The notes under the pieces: model-generated
What the model saw: the letters and a program-made list of their open reading frames with translations, nothing else
Databases searched by the model: none
What the model was told of the DNA's origin: nothing
Assembly (NCBI GenBank): GCA_021463465.1
Contig: JAJTYH010000003.1
Span: 275,549-339,548, forward strand
Reading direction: 5' to 3'
Source of the DNA: a bacterium
GTDB lineage: Bacteria; Patescibacteriota; Dojkabacteria; SC72
Length of the DNA stretch: 64,000 nt
Translations under genes and position numbers: made by a program
Shown here: piece by piece, positions 50,252-59,026 of the stretch
Position numbering within the stretch: position 1 is the first letter of the stretch
Layout: every line of letters begins with the position of its first letter

Positions 50252-51064
50252 ATGAAGTTAGAAAGGATTTCGTATATAATGCCTTATATGGCAAAAGGAT
50301 TTCAAATTAGGGTAATTGGCTCAGAACCATTACAAAGTGTTGATAATAATACTGTTATTGATGAAAAAGCCCTTGCAAATATTCACAAAGAAAAGGCTAT
50401 GGATGGAGACGCTCCTTTTCCCATCAGAGAATGGTTATCAATTGATGGAGGGCAGGAAAAGGCAAGAATTGATTCACTAAAAGATGAGATTGTCCAAAAT
50501 GCCGGCGAATATTTCTATCATCAAAATGATGCTCAAATTTGTTTTAGTCACAGCGTAGTTCATGCCTTAGGAGTTGTTGCTTTGATGGAAGGTAAAGTGG
50601 ATTCTTTGGATTTACCGCACCCCATTGATTTACATAAGTCTATTCCAATTGAGTATAAAGATTCAATTACAGGTATGGTAACTGGAGTTGCTGAAAAAGG
50701 GAATGCCATTGGCTATATGATTAAACTAATTAACTTTTTAGGTAAAAAAGAAAATAACTTAGAATTCACACTAGAAAGTGGATTTAACAGTAGAGAACAA
50801 ATATTATAGGAAGTTAAAAGAGGGAATATTGCAATTTTAGTTTTACCAGGAATGAAGCACGCTGTTCTTGCCGTTAAGGCTACCGACGATGGTATGTTTG
50901 TATGCATTGATTCGTTAAGTGAAAATAACGTAGGAAACTATTCAGCCAAAGATATATCAACTGAAACAGCGATTATTATTTCTCCTTCAAAAAGTATTTC
51001 AAGGAAACTCATTAAACCAGCTGATACTGGCTGGTTAAAAGTTATATCCAGCACAAAGCTTTAG
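50252..51064 (+). pseudogene. Papain/C39-like Cys-peptidase-type ORF interrupted by one in-frame TAG (50807-50809)
   Basis: ORFs 50252-50809 and 50852-51064 are in frame, joined by 14 sense codons; Q....C motif before the stop, HAV...IDSL after. Confidence 0.6.
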
Positions 51065-51233
51065 TTTAGGGTAATCAACGGAGTTAACTGAGAAAACGGA
51101 GATAAATATTGCGGAGGGTGTGAAAGTGTACGCGAATAATTCAGAGCTCTGACATTTTAGATTATTCTTTGAGAAAGTTAATAACCAACTCAATCAATGC
51201 TAAAATTATTCAATAAGTTATTAAAAAGTATGA

Positions 51234-51578
51234 ATGAAACTTTCTCAAAACGATGATCATATGATTTTGGTATATGTTACATGTGATAGTGTTAAGCAGG
51301 CTGAAGAGATTGGAAAAGGTGTAATGAATAAGAAATTATGTGCTTGTGTAAATATATTTGAAAACATGCGACCAATGTTTTTTTGGCCTCCAAAATCCGG
51401 GAAGATCGATAAAAGTAAGGAGGTGGTGCTTATACTAAAAAGTGTAAAGTCAAAGTATGATGAAATTGAGAATGAAGTTAAAGCTCTACACACTTATGAT
51501 GTTCCATGCATCTTTGCTATACCAGTTATATCAGTTGTTGATTCGTATTGGGATTGGCTGAACGGGGAGATGGAATAG
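51234..51578 (+). CDS. cutA: Divalent-cation tolerance protein CutA
   Basis: LVYVTC, LCACVNI, F.W, LHTYDVPCI, YWDWL. Confidence 0.92.
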   Translation: MKLSQNDDHMILVYVTCDSVKQAEEIGKGVMNKKLCACVNIFENMRPMFFWPPKSGKIDKSKEVVLILKSVKSKYDEIENEVKALHTYDVPCIFAIPVISVVDSYWDWLNGEME

Positions 51579-51601
51579 TAAATAATTTACAAACTACACA
51601 T

Positions 51602-52102
51602 ATGAAAATAATGGTTTTTACAGAAGGAACGATTCTTATGCATAGAGCTGGAGTAAATGTATCTAGGGAGGAAAGAGTTAAGCAAGTTGTCGAGGGAGAG
51701 GAGTCAGTACATGACTATAATAGCTATGTACCAAACGGTAATGCTAAGCAGAAAATCAACGAATGGGTTTCTAATGGGGCGGAGATATATTACCTAACAT
51801 CTCGCAGAGGAAAACAGGTTAAGGAAATAAAAGAAATTCTGGAAAAGTATGGATTTCCAGCTATTGGCAATCTTTGTTATAGAAAATTGCTTGATAACTA
51901 TGCTGATGTTGCAGTGCGTGTAATGCCAGATATTCTTATTGAAGATGATTGTGAAAGTATTGGAGGTGAAATAGAAATGACGTATCCGCATATACCCGAA
52001 AAGTATAGAAGCAAAGTTAAATCAGTAATTGTAAAAGAATTTGATGGGATTGATAGTTTACCTGATAGTTTAAACGAGTTATCCACGAAGTTCACGAAAT
52101 AG
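51602..52102 (+). CDS. Hypothetical HAD-like protein
   Basis: VFTEGT, YLTSR, LIEDD; lacks canonical DxD. Confidence 0.6.
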   Translation: MKIMVFTEGTILMHRAGVNVSREERVKQVVEGEESVHDYNSYVPNGNAKQKINEWVSNGAEIYYLTSRRGKQVKEIKEILEKYGFPAIGNLCYRKLLDNYADVAVRVMPDILIEDDCESIGGEIEMTYPHIPEKYRSKVKSVIVKEFDGIDSLPDSLNELSTKFTK

Positions 52103-52140
52103 AAACGGGACTCTCACCGAGCAGTGAATTTTCAATAAGG

Positions 52141-52346
52141 CGAAATAAACAAGCCATTAAGGGATTCTACCTTCGAACCTAGGGTTATCCAAATTCATCA
52201 AAATTTAGCCTCTTTTCATCCACTAGGCTATTTATTTGAAATAACTGAATTTCAAATCAAAATAGCTCAATCCCTACAAAGGTTTTGAAGCATAACAAAC
52301 GAGTCTTGTGGGAACATATGAAGTATGGCGGGACATACGAGTCTGG
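52141..52346 (+). repeat. Direct repeat copy 1 (att-like, ends in a degenerate tRNA 3' fragment)
   Basis: Collinear with 56462-56667 at constant offset 4321; core 52268-52331 matches 56589-56652 at 61/64. Confidence 0.9.
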
Positions 52347-52434
52347 AACCCAAAATGAGAATGAGACAAATGAGACACATAAAAAAGAATGATTGAAAAA
52401 TCTCAATTGATCAAAATAGGAATAGTTGTTTACT

Positions 52435-53289
52435 CTATAATTTTGACAATTCAAACCCTGTTAACCCATTTATGACACTAATTTTCTCATTAATATTATT
52501 TTTAAACGGTATTTCTTGAGCTGAAAGTGTCTCATACGTTGAGGTATATTCATCAAACATAGCCCAGTCACGATGACCTCTTACGGCTTCATTATTAAGA
52601 TATGCAATTACCAATTGAGAATTAAACTCATTATATTCTTTTAGATCCTTAACTAATAAAGACAAATTATTAGCTAGACTTTCGTCACTAATGCTTGCAA
52701 TAGCCTTGTACAAGTTCTCAATTTCATTTTGACAATCTAAACAATCCTTAGGTTCCACATATATTTTGTCATCATCAAATAATCCTTCGCGATGATAATC
52801 CAGTTTAGTATTATATTCGTAGATTTCATCACGAACTTTGTTGCAGAACATATCAAAATTAATCTTACTCAAGCAGTTGTTCTCTTCAAGCTCTTTTACT
52901 TTCGCCGCTCTTTCCTTTGTGAGAATTCCTCTTGGATTCTTAGGATCGCTACCAGGGTTACCAAATCCCCAATCCTGATATCCTAATGATATTGAATAAT
53001 AATTTGAGTCAATAATAAAACTTTCAAAGCTAGTTTTAAAAGCTAATTTTGAGTGGTAGTCTGAATCAATAAGTTCATAATACTTCCTTGTAACCGTAGA
53101 CTTAAGATCATCAAACTTATCTCTATAAATATATCCCACTATCACTATTAATAGAACAAGTAGGGAAAGAACAAAAAATAAGGATAAGCCTTTCTTACTA
53201 GTTCTATACTTGTTCTTGTACCCACACTTTGGACAAATTTTAATATTCTTTTTTAAATCACTTCCGCATTGTGAACAATATTTGGTCAT
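52435..53289 (-). CDS. Zinc-ribbon, single-TM protein
   Basis: CSQC...CPKC, TM, helical outer domain with Cys pairs. Confidence 0.75.
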   Translation of the reverse strand: MTKYCSQCGSDLKKNIKICPKCGYKNKYRTSKKGLSLFFVLSLLVLLIVIVGYIYRDKFDDLKSTVTRKYYELIDSDYHSKLAFKTSFESFIIDSNYYSISLGYQDWGFGNPGSDPKNPRGILTKERAAKVKELEENNCLSKINFDMFCNKVRDEIYEYNTKLDYHREGLFDDDKIYVEPKDCLDCQNEIENLYKAIASISDESLANNLSLLVKDLKEYNEFNSQLVIAYLNNEAVRGHRDWAMFDEYTSTYETLSAQEIPFKNNINEKISVINGLTGFELSKL

Positions 53290-54407
53290 CTAATAATAGA
53301 TAAATTTAAACCATATTTACCATTAATAATATTTGCATATGTTCTGATTTGATCATTTAAAATCGATTCCTTATCAGTAAGCTTAGACAAATTATTGATA
53401 ACTTGTTTTTTTTGATCACGAATTCTTTGTATATTTCCGTTTAAATCGTTAATTACACATGTCTTGCTAAATGATGGGCAATTTGATTTCAGCATATCTA
53501 TGTTAAATGAACCAAATTCCTCTTTTTTGTAGTAGGATAATAATTTTGTTACAGAACCATCCTTAACGATCCTAAGTTCGTTTTCATTCCCTCCAATTGC
53601 ATTATCCCATTCAAGTATCTCTTTGTGTTTTTCAATAATCTTTGAGCTGGTTTCATTATAATCCTTTAAAATCATAGTGTATTCAAGCAATACTTGCGAT
53701 AGATCCGGATCTTTAATTTCGGAAGAAAGTTTTATTAATTCTTCAATCTTCTCGTCACAATTTCGACATGTTGTATAGATATTATGGTTGATTGCCCAAT
53801 TTTGTGAGTTTTCGCATGTACTTATAAAATGTGGAAAGTTTGTACTTCCACAAAATCGGGATTCCGTAGATTTCGTATCAATCTTAATGTAGATTTTTCT
53901 GTCCAAATCAATAATTTCATTTCTCAGTTGATCACAATAATTGTCGACATTGAGTAAGCTGTAACAATTTCCCTCATCAATTTTTTTCAATACAGATAGC
54001 CGGTTATTTATTAGTTCCGTAGAGGTTAGAGGTGTATCACCGTCTAATTTATAATTTACAGTATCAAAATCTTTAGCATTTTCTACATTTATATCGTAAC
54101 CGAAAGAAGATTCGAACCAATACAAATTCATTAGGTATTTCTCATGCGAAATTTTGTAATTTCTCTTTGCATCAAAATCCACATCGTTTATTTGAGCAAT
54201 TATGTCTTTATAATTTGTAAAAAAATAGATAATTTTGTCTTTTAAAATGAATCCTCCGCTAAGGAGTAAGACAATAATTATTAAAGAAATGTAAAGGCCA
54301 ATGTTATTCTTAATGGTTTTTATTTTACTGTTTTTATGTCCGCATTTAGGACAAATGCTAATATTTCTTTTTAGTGGAGTTGCACATTGTGAGCAATATC
54401 TGTTCAT
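53286..54407 (-). CDS. Zinc-ribbon, single-TM protein, paralog of 52435-53289
   Basis: CSQC...CPKC, TM, shared C......D..C...R.EI and C..C...IE.L motifs. Confidence 0.75.
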   Translation of the reverse strand: MNRYCSQCATPLKRNISICPKCGHKNSKIKTIKNNIGLYISLIIIVLLLSGGFILKDKIIYFFTNYKDIIAQINDVDFDAKRNYKISHEKYLMNLYWFESSFGYDINVENAKDFDTVNYKLDGDTPLTSTELINNRLSVLKKIDEGNCYSLLNVDNYCDQLRNEIIDLDRKIYIKIDTKSTESRFCGSTNFPHFISTCENSQNWAINHNIYTTCRNCDEKIEELIKLSSEIKDPDLSQVLLEYTMILKDYNETSSKIIEKHKEILEWDNAIGGNENELRIVKDGSVTKLLSYYKKEEFGSFNIDMLKSNCPSFSKTCVINDLNGNIQRIRDQKKQVINNLSKLTDKESILNDQIRTYANIINGKYGLNLSIIR

Positions 54408-55255
54408 AGTTGTTTTCCACAGAATTCACAAAATTTAGATCCCGATTCACTTAATTCTCCACATTCTTTACACGGTCGGATATTGTATTTGAAATCAAAT
54501 TTATTTATTTCCCAGATTCTTTTGAGAATATAAGGATGGCTTCCGAGAGTTTCTCCAAGCTTTCCCATTATTTTTGACTCGACTCCTTGAAGTTGTTCTG
54601 ACAATTCATCAATATCTATGTCTTTCGCACAATTTGGGCCAGCAGATATTTTAAGAAGTGTTCTAATTAATGTGCTTTTGTCCTTTGTGCAAATGTAGGC
54701 ACATCTGTCAGATGTATATTCTGTTCTTCTGCCCCAAAATCCAAAAAGAAGCTCTGCAAATGTAAAGTAATTTCCGAGAGGAGAGATTATAGAAAGAAAT
54801 ACAGTATGACGATATTTAATATGACCCAATTCATGTGCTATTACTACCCGTATTTCTTCTGTTTCCAGATTTTCAATTATTGCAGAGTTTATGACAATTG
54901 CGTAACTTCTACCAAATCCCATTGTATAAGCATTCAAGTTAGGATTTTGAGTTATATATACATTTGGCACTCTCTTAATTTCCAAAATCTCGCAACATTC
55001 TTTTACTAATTTGTAAATATGTGGTAGCTGTGTATTCGATATTTGCAAGCTATTTCCTAGCTGTTGCATTTGAAGAAGTCTTATATAGAAAAGCCCAAAT
55101 AACAGTGAAAAGATTAATATTAGTAGATTAACTTTCAAAAGTAAGAATACGAGTAGTAAAGATATTATTAATACAACTAAGAAGGATAACGTTTCTCCCT
55201 TATATCTCAAAATTGATTTTGTCCGATTAGAAAAACGGGACATATTTATTTCCAT
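54404..55255 (-). CDS. M48 (HtpX-like) zinc metalloprotease with C-terminal zinc ribbon
   Basis: Two N-terminal TMs, NAYTMG, IAHELGH, EYTSDR, SHP....R; CKEC...CEFC. Confidence 0.9.
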   Translation of the reverse strand: MEINMSRFSNRTKSILRYKGETLSFLVVLIISLLLVFLLLKVNLLILIFSLLFGLFYIRLLQMQQLGNSLQISNTQLPHIYKLVKECCEILEIKRVPNVYITQNPNLNAYTMGFGRSYAIVINSAIIENLETEEIRVVIAHELGHIKYRHTVFLSIISPLGNYFTFAELLFGFWGRRTEYTSDRCAYICTKDKSTLIRTLLKISAGPNCAKDIDIDELSEQLQGVESKIMGKLGETLGSHPYILKRIWEINKFDFKYNIRPCKECGELSESGSKFCEFCGKQL

Positions 55256-55379
55256 TTAGATAATAATCAATGATACGATATAAAGGTTTATTCATCAAAT
55301 TATTTTCATTTTGGGATAATAGAAAAACTATGAAAAAGATAAGGTTTCAGAAAATAAAGGATTGTGATAGATTGTAATT

Positions 55380-56318
55380 ATGAAGACAACAAAATTCTTT
55401 AGTAAGGAAATCAAACTAGGCAGAGTATTTAAAGGATTAGGTGTCTCATTAGCTTGCTTCATAATGTTAGGATTTATCTCATTCTTTGGTATAGATTCAA
55501 CTTTAAATCTGTTCGACAGATATTCCGCTACGACACTTACTCAAAAATCAGAAGTTCTTGGCGTAAATGACGAGGCTAAGTTAGTCGGAACTTATGGAGA
55601 TGTATATCCAAACGATCCTAAAACAGAATTTGTTTGGGATTGGGAGAGATCTCGAGAAGATTATTATCTATTAGAAAAGTTTATAGAAAATCCTGAATAC
55701 TTTTTACCAAGATGGAAGGGAATTGTTTCTCAAACTTGGTTGTTAAAGAATCAAAAAGAACTTAAATTAGTTTGCCCTGATCTTACAAAGGAATTAGTGA
55801 TTGCTGGAAATTATTATAACTGCACTCTTTCGTATAATGGAAAGGTTTTAAAGAAGGATGTAAGGATGACTGGAAGCTGTAAAGATTTCGATAAGCAGAA
55901 TGATTGTAGTGCTGAAGTAGCTTTCACAGTTTATTCTAATCGATGGGGAGATCATAATTCAGATGAATACATTGTAGCTAATACTTGGGCTTCTGGCTCT
56001 AAGGATTGGGCAACAGTATTCAAACTTAATAACGGAAAGTCCACGAAGCTAATGTTTACAAATGGCTATAAATCTACGGACAAACTCTACATATCGTCGT
56101 ATTCGTTTGATTTGTATGGGAAATCTTCAACTTGGGAGAATGAACAGAACTTTAATGATGAAATTGTATTTATGACAATGTTCCATGAGCCAAGTATGGG
56201 AAGTGATAATAATGTAGAAAATATTTTTGAATATTGGATGATTAAAGGAAATAATCTCGAATTTCAAAAGAAAGTAGTTGATTTATATCGGGAAGGTGAA
56301 GAACCGCATTGGTTGTAG
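55380..56318 (+). CDS. Hypothetical membrane-anchored exported protein
   Basis: N-terminal TM, EVLGV linker, Cys pairs. Confidence 0.7.
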   Translation: MKTTKFFSKEIKLGRVFKGLGVSLACFIMLGFISFFGIDSTLNLFDRYSATTLTQKSEVLGVNDEAKLVGTYGDVYPNDPKTEFVWDWERSREDYYLLEKFIENPEYFLPRWKGIVSQTWLLKNQKELKLVCPDLTKELVIAGNYYNCTLSYNGKVLKKDVRMTGSCKDFDKQNDCSAEVAFTVYSNRWGDHNSDEYIVANTWASGSKDWATVFKLNNGKSTKLMFTNGYKSTDKLYISSYSFDLYGKSSTWENEQNFNDEIVFMTMFHEPSMGSDNNVENIFEYWMIKGNNLEFQKKVVDLYREGEEPHWL

Positions 56319-56461
56319 TATCACATATAACTCTCTGGAGAAGTCGTTGTATTGAGAAGAGATTTCCGTGTCTTAGATACGTGTATAAACTTGGTCAAAT
56401 TTCTCTAATATTGCTGAACTATAAAACTTTCTGGGCTCTCAGCTTATAATTTTACATAGGT

Positions 56462-56667
56462 CGAATTAATCAAGCCACAAAAGGCTTTATACATCGAACC
56501 AAGAGGTGTCGAAATCTAGGCTGAAAACGACTAATTTCATCCACCAGGCTATAATTTCTGAAACTTCGATATTTGCTCAAAACTAACACAATCCCCATAA
56601 AGGTTTTGAAGCATAGCAAACGAGTCTTGTGGGAACATATGAAGTATGGCGGAATGGACGGGGCTCG
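56462..56667 (+). repeat. Direct repeat copy 2, overlapping the tRNA-Asp 3' end
   Basis: Collinear with 52141-52346. Confidence 0.9.
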
Positions 56668-56723
56668 AACCCGCAACCTTCGCAGTGACAGTGCGATGCT
56701 CTAACCAGTTGAGCTACCACTCC
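56647..56723 (-). tRNA. tRNA-Asp (GTC)
   Basis: Reverse complement GGAGTGGTAGCTCAACTGGTTAGAGCATCGCA-CTGTCAC-TGCGAAGGTTGCGGGTTCGAGCCCCGTCCATTCCGCCA; CCA encoded. Confidence 0.96.
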
Positions 56724-56797
56724 AAAAATGCTTTGAAAGTATATCAAAGTGAGTGTGTATTTACAATAAAACGTTGAGTGAGGTATTCTAATAATGC

Positions 56798-57538
56798 ATG
56801 AAAATCTACACACTAATCTTCGATAAGAAATTCGAACTCCAAACAGAATCAGGATTCTTAAATGAGAATCTCATCCAAAAAATTGCTGATAAGCTTGAAG
56901 AAGGAAAATTAGAAGGCAAACTACGTTATAAAGGTGACCACCTTTACTGGCATGTGGTTAAACACAAAAGTAATTATGTGGTTTCTGTTGTTGATGTTAC
57001 GGAGTTTATACAATACAAGAGAGAGGCAATGCTTGACCAACTCACAGGGCTATACACACGACATGCGTATTGGAGGTTGTTGGGCAATGAGGTTGATGAA
57101 GCAGTGCGTCTTAAGCACCTCTTAGGGGTTGTGTTCATCGATATTGACAACCTAAAATCAATTAACGCTGAAAGAGGATATCTTGGTGGTGACTTTGTAA
57201 TCCAGGGAATTGCACACCTTGTATTAAAAGTTATACGAAAATACGACAATGCTGTTAGACTTGGTGGCGATGAATTTTTGGTTTTGATTAATTTGAAAGA
57301 CGAGCATCGAACTTTGTTTGAAAAAACTGTCATTCGTATTTACAAAAAGATTCACGAAAAAGCAAAAGAGTTCTCTTCGGCCACTGTGGTTGGAACTGTC
57401 CTTGAACCCAGCGTACTAGAGAAACTTCATAAGGCCAGAAATCTCAAAGAGGAATGGGAGAAAGTTATTGAAAGTTTAGATAATCAGGTTATAAGTGCTA
57501 AACGAAGTGGAAAAGATAATTATCGAATAATTCCCTAG
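56798..57538 (+). CDS. GGDEF-domain diguanylate cyclase
   Basis: DQLTGL..R, FIDIDNLK.IN...G...GD, RKYD I-site, RLGGDEF. Confidence 0.88.
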   Translation: MKIYTLIFDKKFELQTESGFLNENLIQKIADKLEEGKLEGKLRYKGDHLYWHVVKHKSNYVVSVVDVTEFIQYKREAMLDQLTGLYTRHAYWRLLGNEVDEAVRLKHLLGVVFIDIDNLKSINAERGYLGGDFVIQGIAHLVLKVIRKYDNAVRLGGDEFLVLINLKDEHRTLFEKTVIRIYKKIHEKAKEFSSATVVGTVLEPSVLEKLHKARNLKEEWEKVIESLDNQVISAKRSGKDNYRIIP

Positions 57539-57858
57539 CCTAAATACTTATTTATTGTTTCAATGTAGTTTTGCTTAGGTTGTAAACCAATCATTTGGTC
57601 CACTAATTTCCCATCCTTAAAAAACATAATCGTAGGAATACTCATGACTTGATACTGCATTGATGTATTAGGGTTTTGATCTACATTAAGTTTGTAAACC
57701 TTAATTTTCCCTTCTAATTCTTGAGCTATTTCATCAATCAACGGACTTAGCACAACGCATGGAGTACACCATGCTGCCCAGAAATCAACAAGCACAAGTC
57801 CTTTGCTCTCAAGGATTTCTTTTTTAAAATCGTTATCTGTTACTGCTAAATCTGACAT
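57535..57858 (-). CDS. trxA: Thioredoxin
   Basis: VDFWAAWCTPC, LNVD.NP, SIPT..FFKDG. Confidence 0.93.
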   Translation of the reverse strand: MSDLAVTDNDFKKEILESKGLVLVDFWAAWCTPCVVLSPLIDEIAQELEGKIKVYKLNVDQNPNTSMQYQVMSIPTIMFFKDGKLVDQMIGLQPKQNYIETINKYLG

Positions 57859-57925
57859 AATATGTGGTAAAATCTTACACTTATACTATATTTTAAACGT
57901 TAAACATCCTTTTACGCAAGTGTGT

Positions 57926-59026
57926 ATGGAAATTTGCAAGTTAAATGCTGACAATTTAGATGAAATAGTCGCTAAAGCTGTAAATGTACTAAAAAACGGT
58001 GGTTTTATTATCTATCCTACTGAAACTTGCTACGGTATAGGTGCTGATGCTACTAATCAAGAGGCGGTCAATAAACTCTACGATTATAAAGGTTTTAGAG
58101 GTCAGAAACCTTTTTCAATGGCCGTAAAAGATAGAAAAATGGCTGAAAAGTATGTTGAGATTAATGACATTGCTGATAATCTCTATAAAAATTATCTACC
58201 TGGGCCAGTGACTGTAGTTTCAAACAGTAAAGGTGGAGTTGCAGTGGGAGTGGAAACTCCTTGGAAAACTATCGGAATTAGAATTCCTGACCATGTTATA
58301 CCTATTGCAATTGTAACAGCATACGGTAAGCCAATTACAGCAACCTCTGCCAACGTCTCATACAAACCGATTGCATATTCAATTGAGAGTTTGTTAGCCC
58401 ATACTCCTAAAAAATCTCAGAAATATCTTAATTTAATAATTGATGCGGGAGATTTGCCTAAAAATGTGCCCTCTACCGTCTTGGACACCACTTTAAACAG
58501 TCTGACTGTTCTCAGACAGGGAAAGGATGAGTTTAAAAACGCAATCAAAAAGTCCAACCTAGTTGTAACCAAAGTTACCAATTCTACTGATGAAACAATA
58601 CAGATGGGCAAAGAGGTAGCCAATAAGTTTGTGCCAATACACGATAACGGTCCCCTTGTGTTTGCATTAAGCGGTGAGCTTGGGGCAGGGAAGACTCAGT
58701 TTACAAAAGGGATAGGGGAGTATTTAATGGTTGAAGATATAGTAAATTCGCCCACGTATACGATTATAAATGAATACAAGGGAAGTACTGTAGAGTTAGC
58801 CTTTATCCATATGGATACATGGAGGATAGCAAATCACGGTGAGTTTATGCGGTCAGGTTTGCAACAGTACCTAGCCACAAGTGAGATTGTTGTTGTGGAG
58901 TGGGCAGATAAGTATTACAAAGAGCTAGAGGAGTTGGTAAGCGAATTTGGAGGGAAAATTGTGAAGGTAGACTTCAAATACTTAGATCAAAACACAAGGG
59001 AGATTTCAGTCTATGAAAACAGGTGA
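57926..59026 (+). CDS. tsaC-tsaE: TsaC(Sua5/YrdC)-TsaE fusion, t6A biosynthesis
   Basis: PTETCYGIG, PGPVT, GIRIP, TSAN, PSTV, then GELGAGKT, SPTY, H.D.WR, VEWAD. Confidence 0.9.
   Translation: MEICKLNADNLDEIVAKAVNVLKNGGFIIYPTETCYGIGADATNQEAVNKLYDYKGFRGQKPFSMAVKDRKMAEKYVEINDIADNLYKNYLPGPVTVVSNSKGGVAVGVETPWKTIGIRIPDHVIPIAIVTAYGKPITATSANVSYKPIAYSIESLLAHTPKKSQKYLNLIIDAGDLPKNVPSTVLDTTLNSLTVLRQGKDEFKNAIKKSNLVVTKVTNSTDETIQMGKEVANKFVPIHDNGPLVFALSGELGAGKTQFTKGIGEYLMVEDIVNSPTYTIINEYKGSTVELAFIHMDTWRIANHGEFMRSGLQQYLATSEIVVVEWADKYYKELEELVSEFGGKIVKVDFKYLDQNTREISVYENR

Larger units (their letters stand above)
52268..56723. mobile_element. Degenerate genomic island at the 3' end of tRNA-Asp; no intact integrase
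   Basis: Flanking direct repeats including the tRNA 3' end; visibly AT-richer cargo. Confidence 0.7.

Noticed and set aside
50807-50809. Possible genome-wide stop-codon reassignment
   Set aside because: Conserved genes terminate normally at TAG, TGA and TAA; only this one ORF is interrupted.
51104-51140. aaatattgcggagggtgtgaaagtgtacgcgaat, faintly like an antisense tRNA 3' end or a third att scar
   Set aside because: Match to the tRNA-Asp repeat is only about 9 of 11 nt and no cloverleaf or flanking homology is visible.
52352-52380. Short aatgaga(c) tandem; also atgattagt twice near 15283-15305
   Set aside because: Only 2-3 short copies without unique spacers; not CRISPR. No CRISPR array or cas gene was seen in the window.
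52257-56813. Short minus-strand ORFs 52257-52454, 56470-56676 and 56583-56813 sharing PPYFICSHKTRLLCFKTF
   Set aside because: They are translations of the DNA repeat and the tRNA, not genes.
57803-57925. ORF-track N-terminal extensions of tsaC-tsaE (also M23 16219-16305 and 51548-51601)
   Set aside because: They overlap neighbouring genes or promoter regions and precede the recognisable domain start; downstream ATGs are more plausible.
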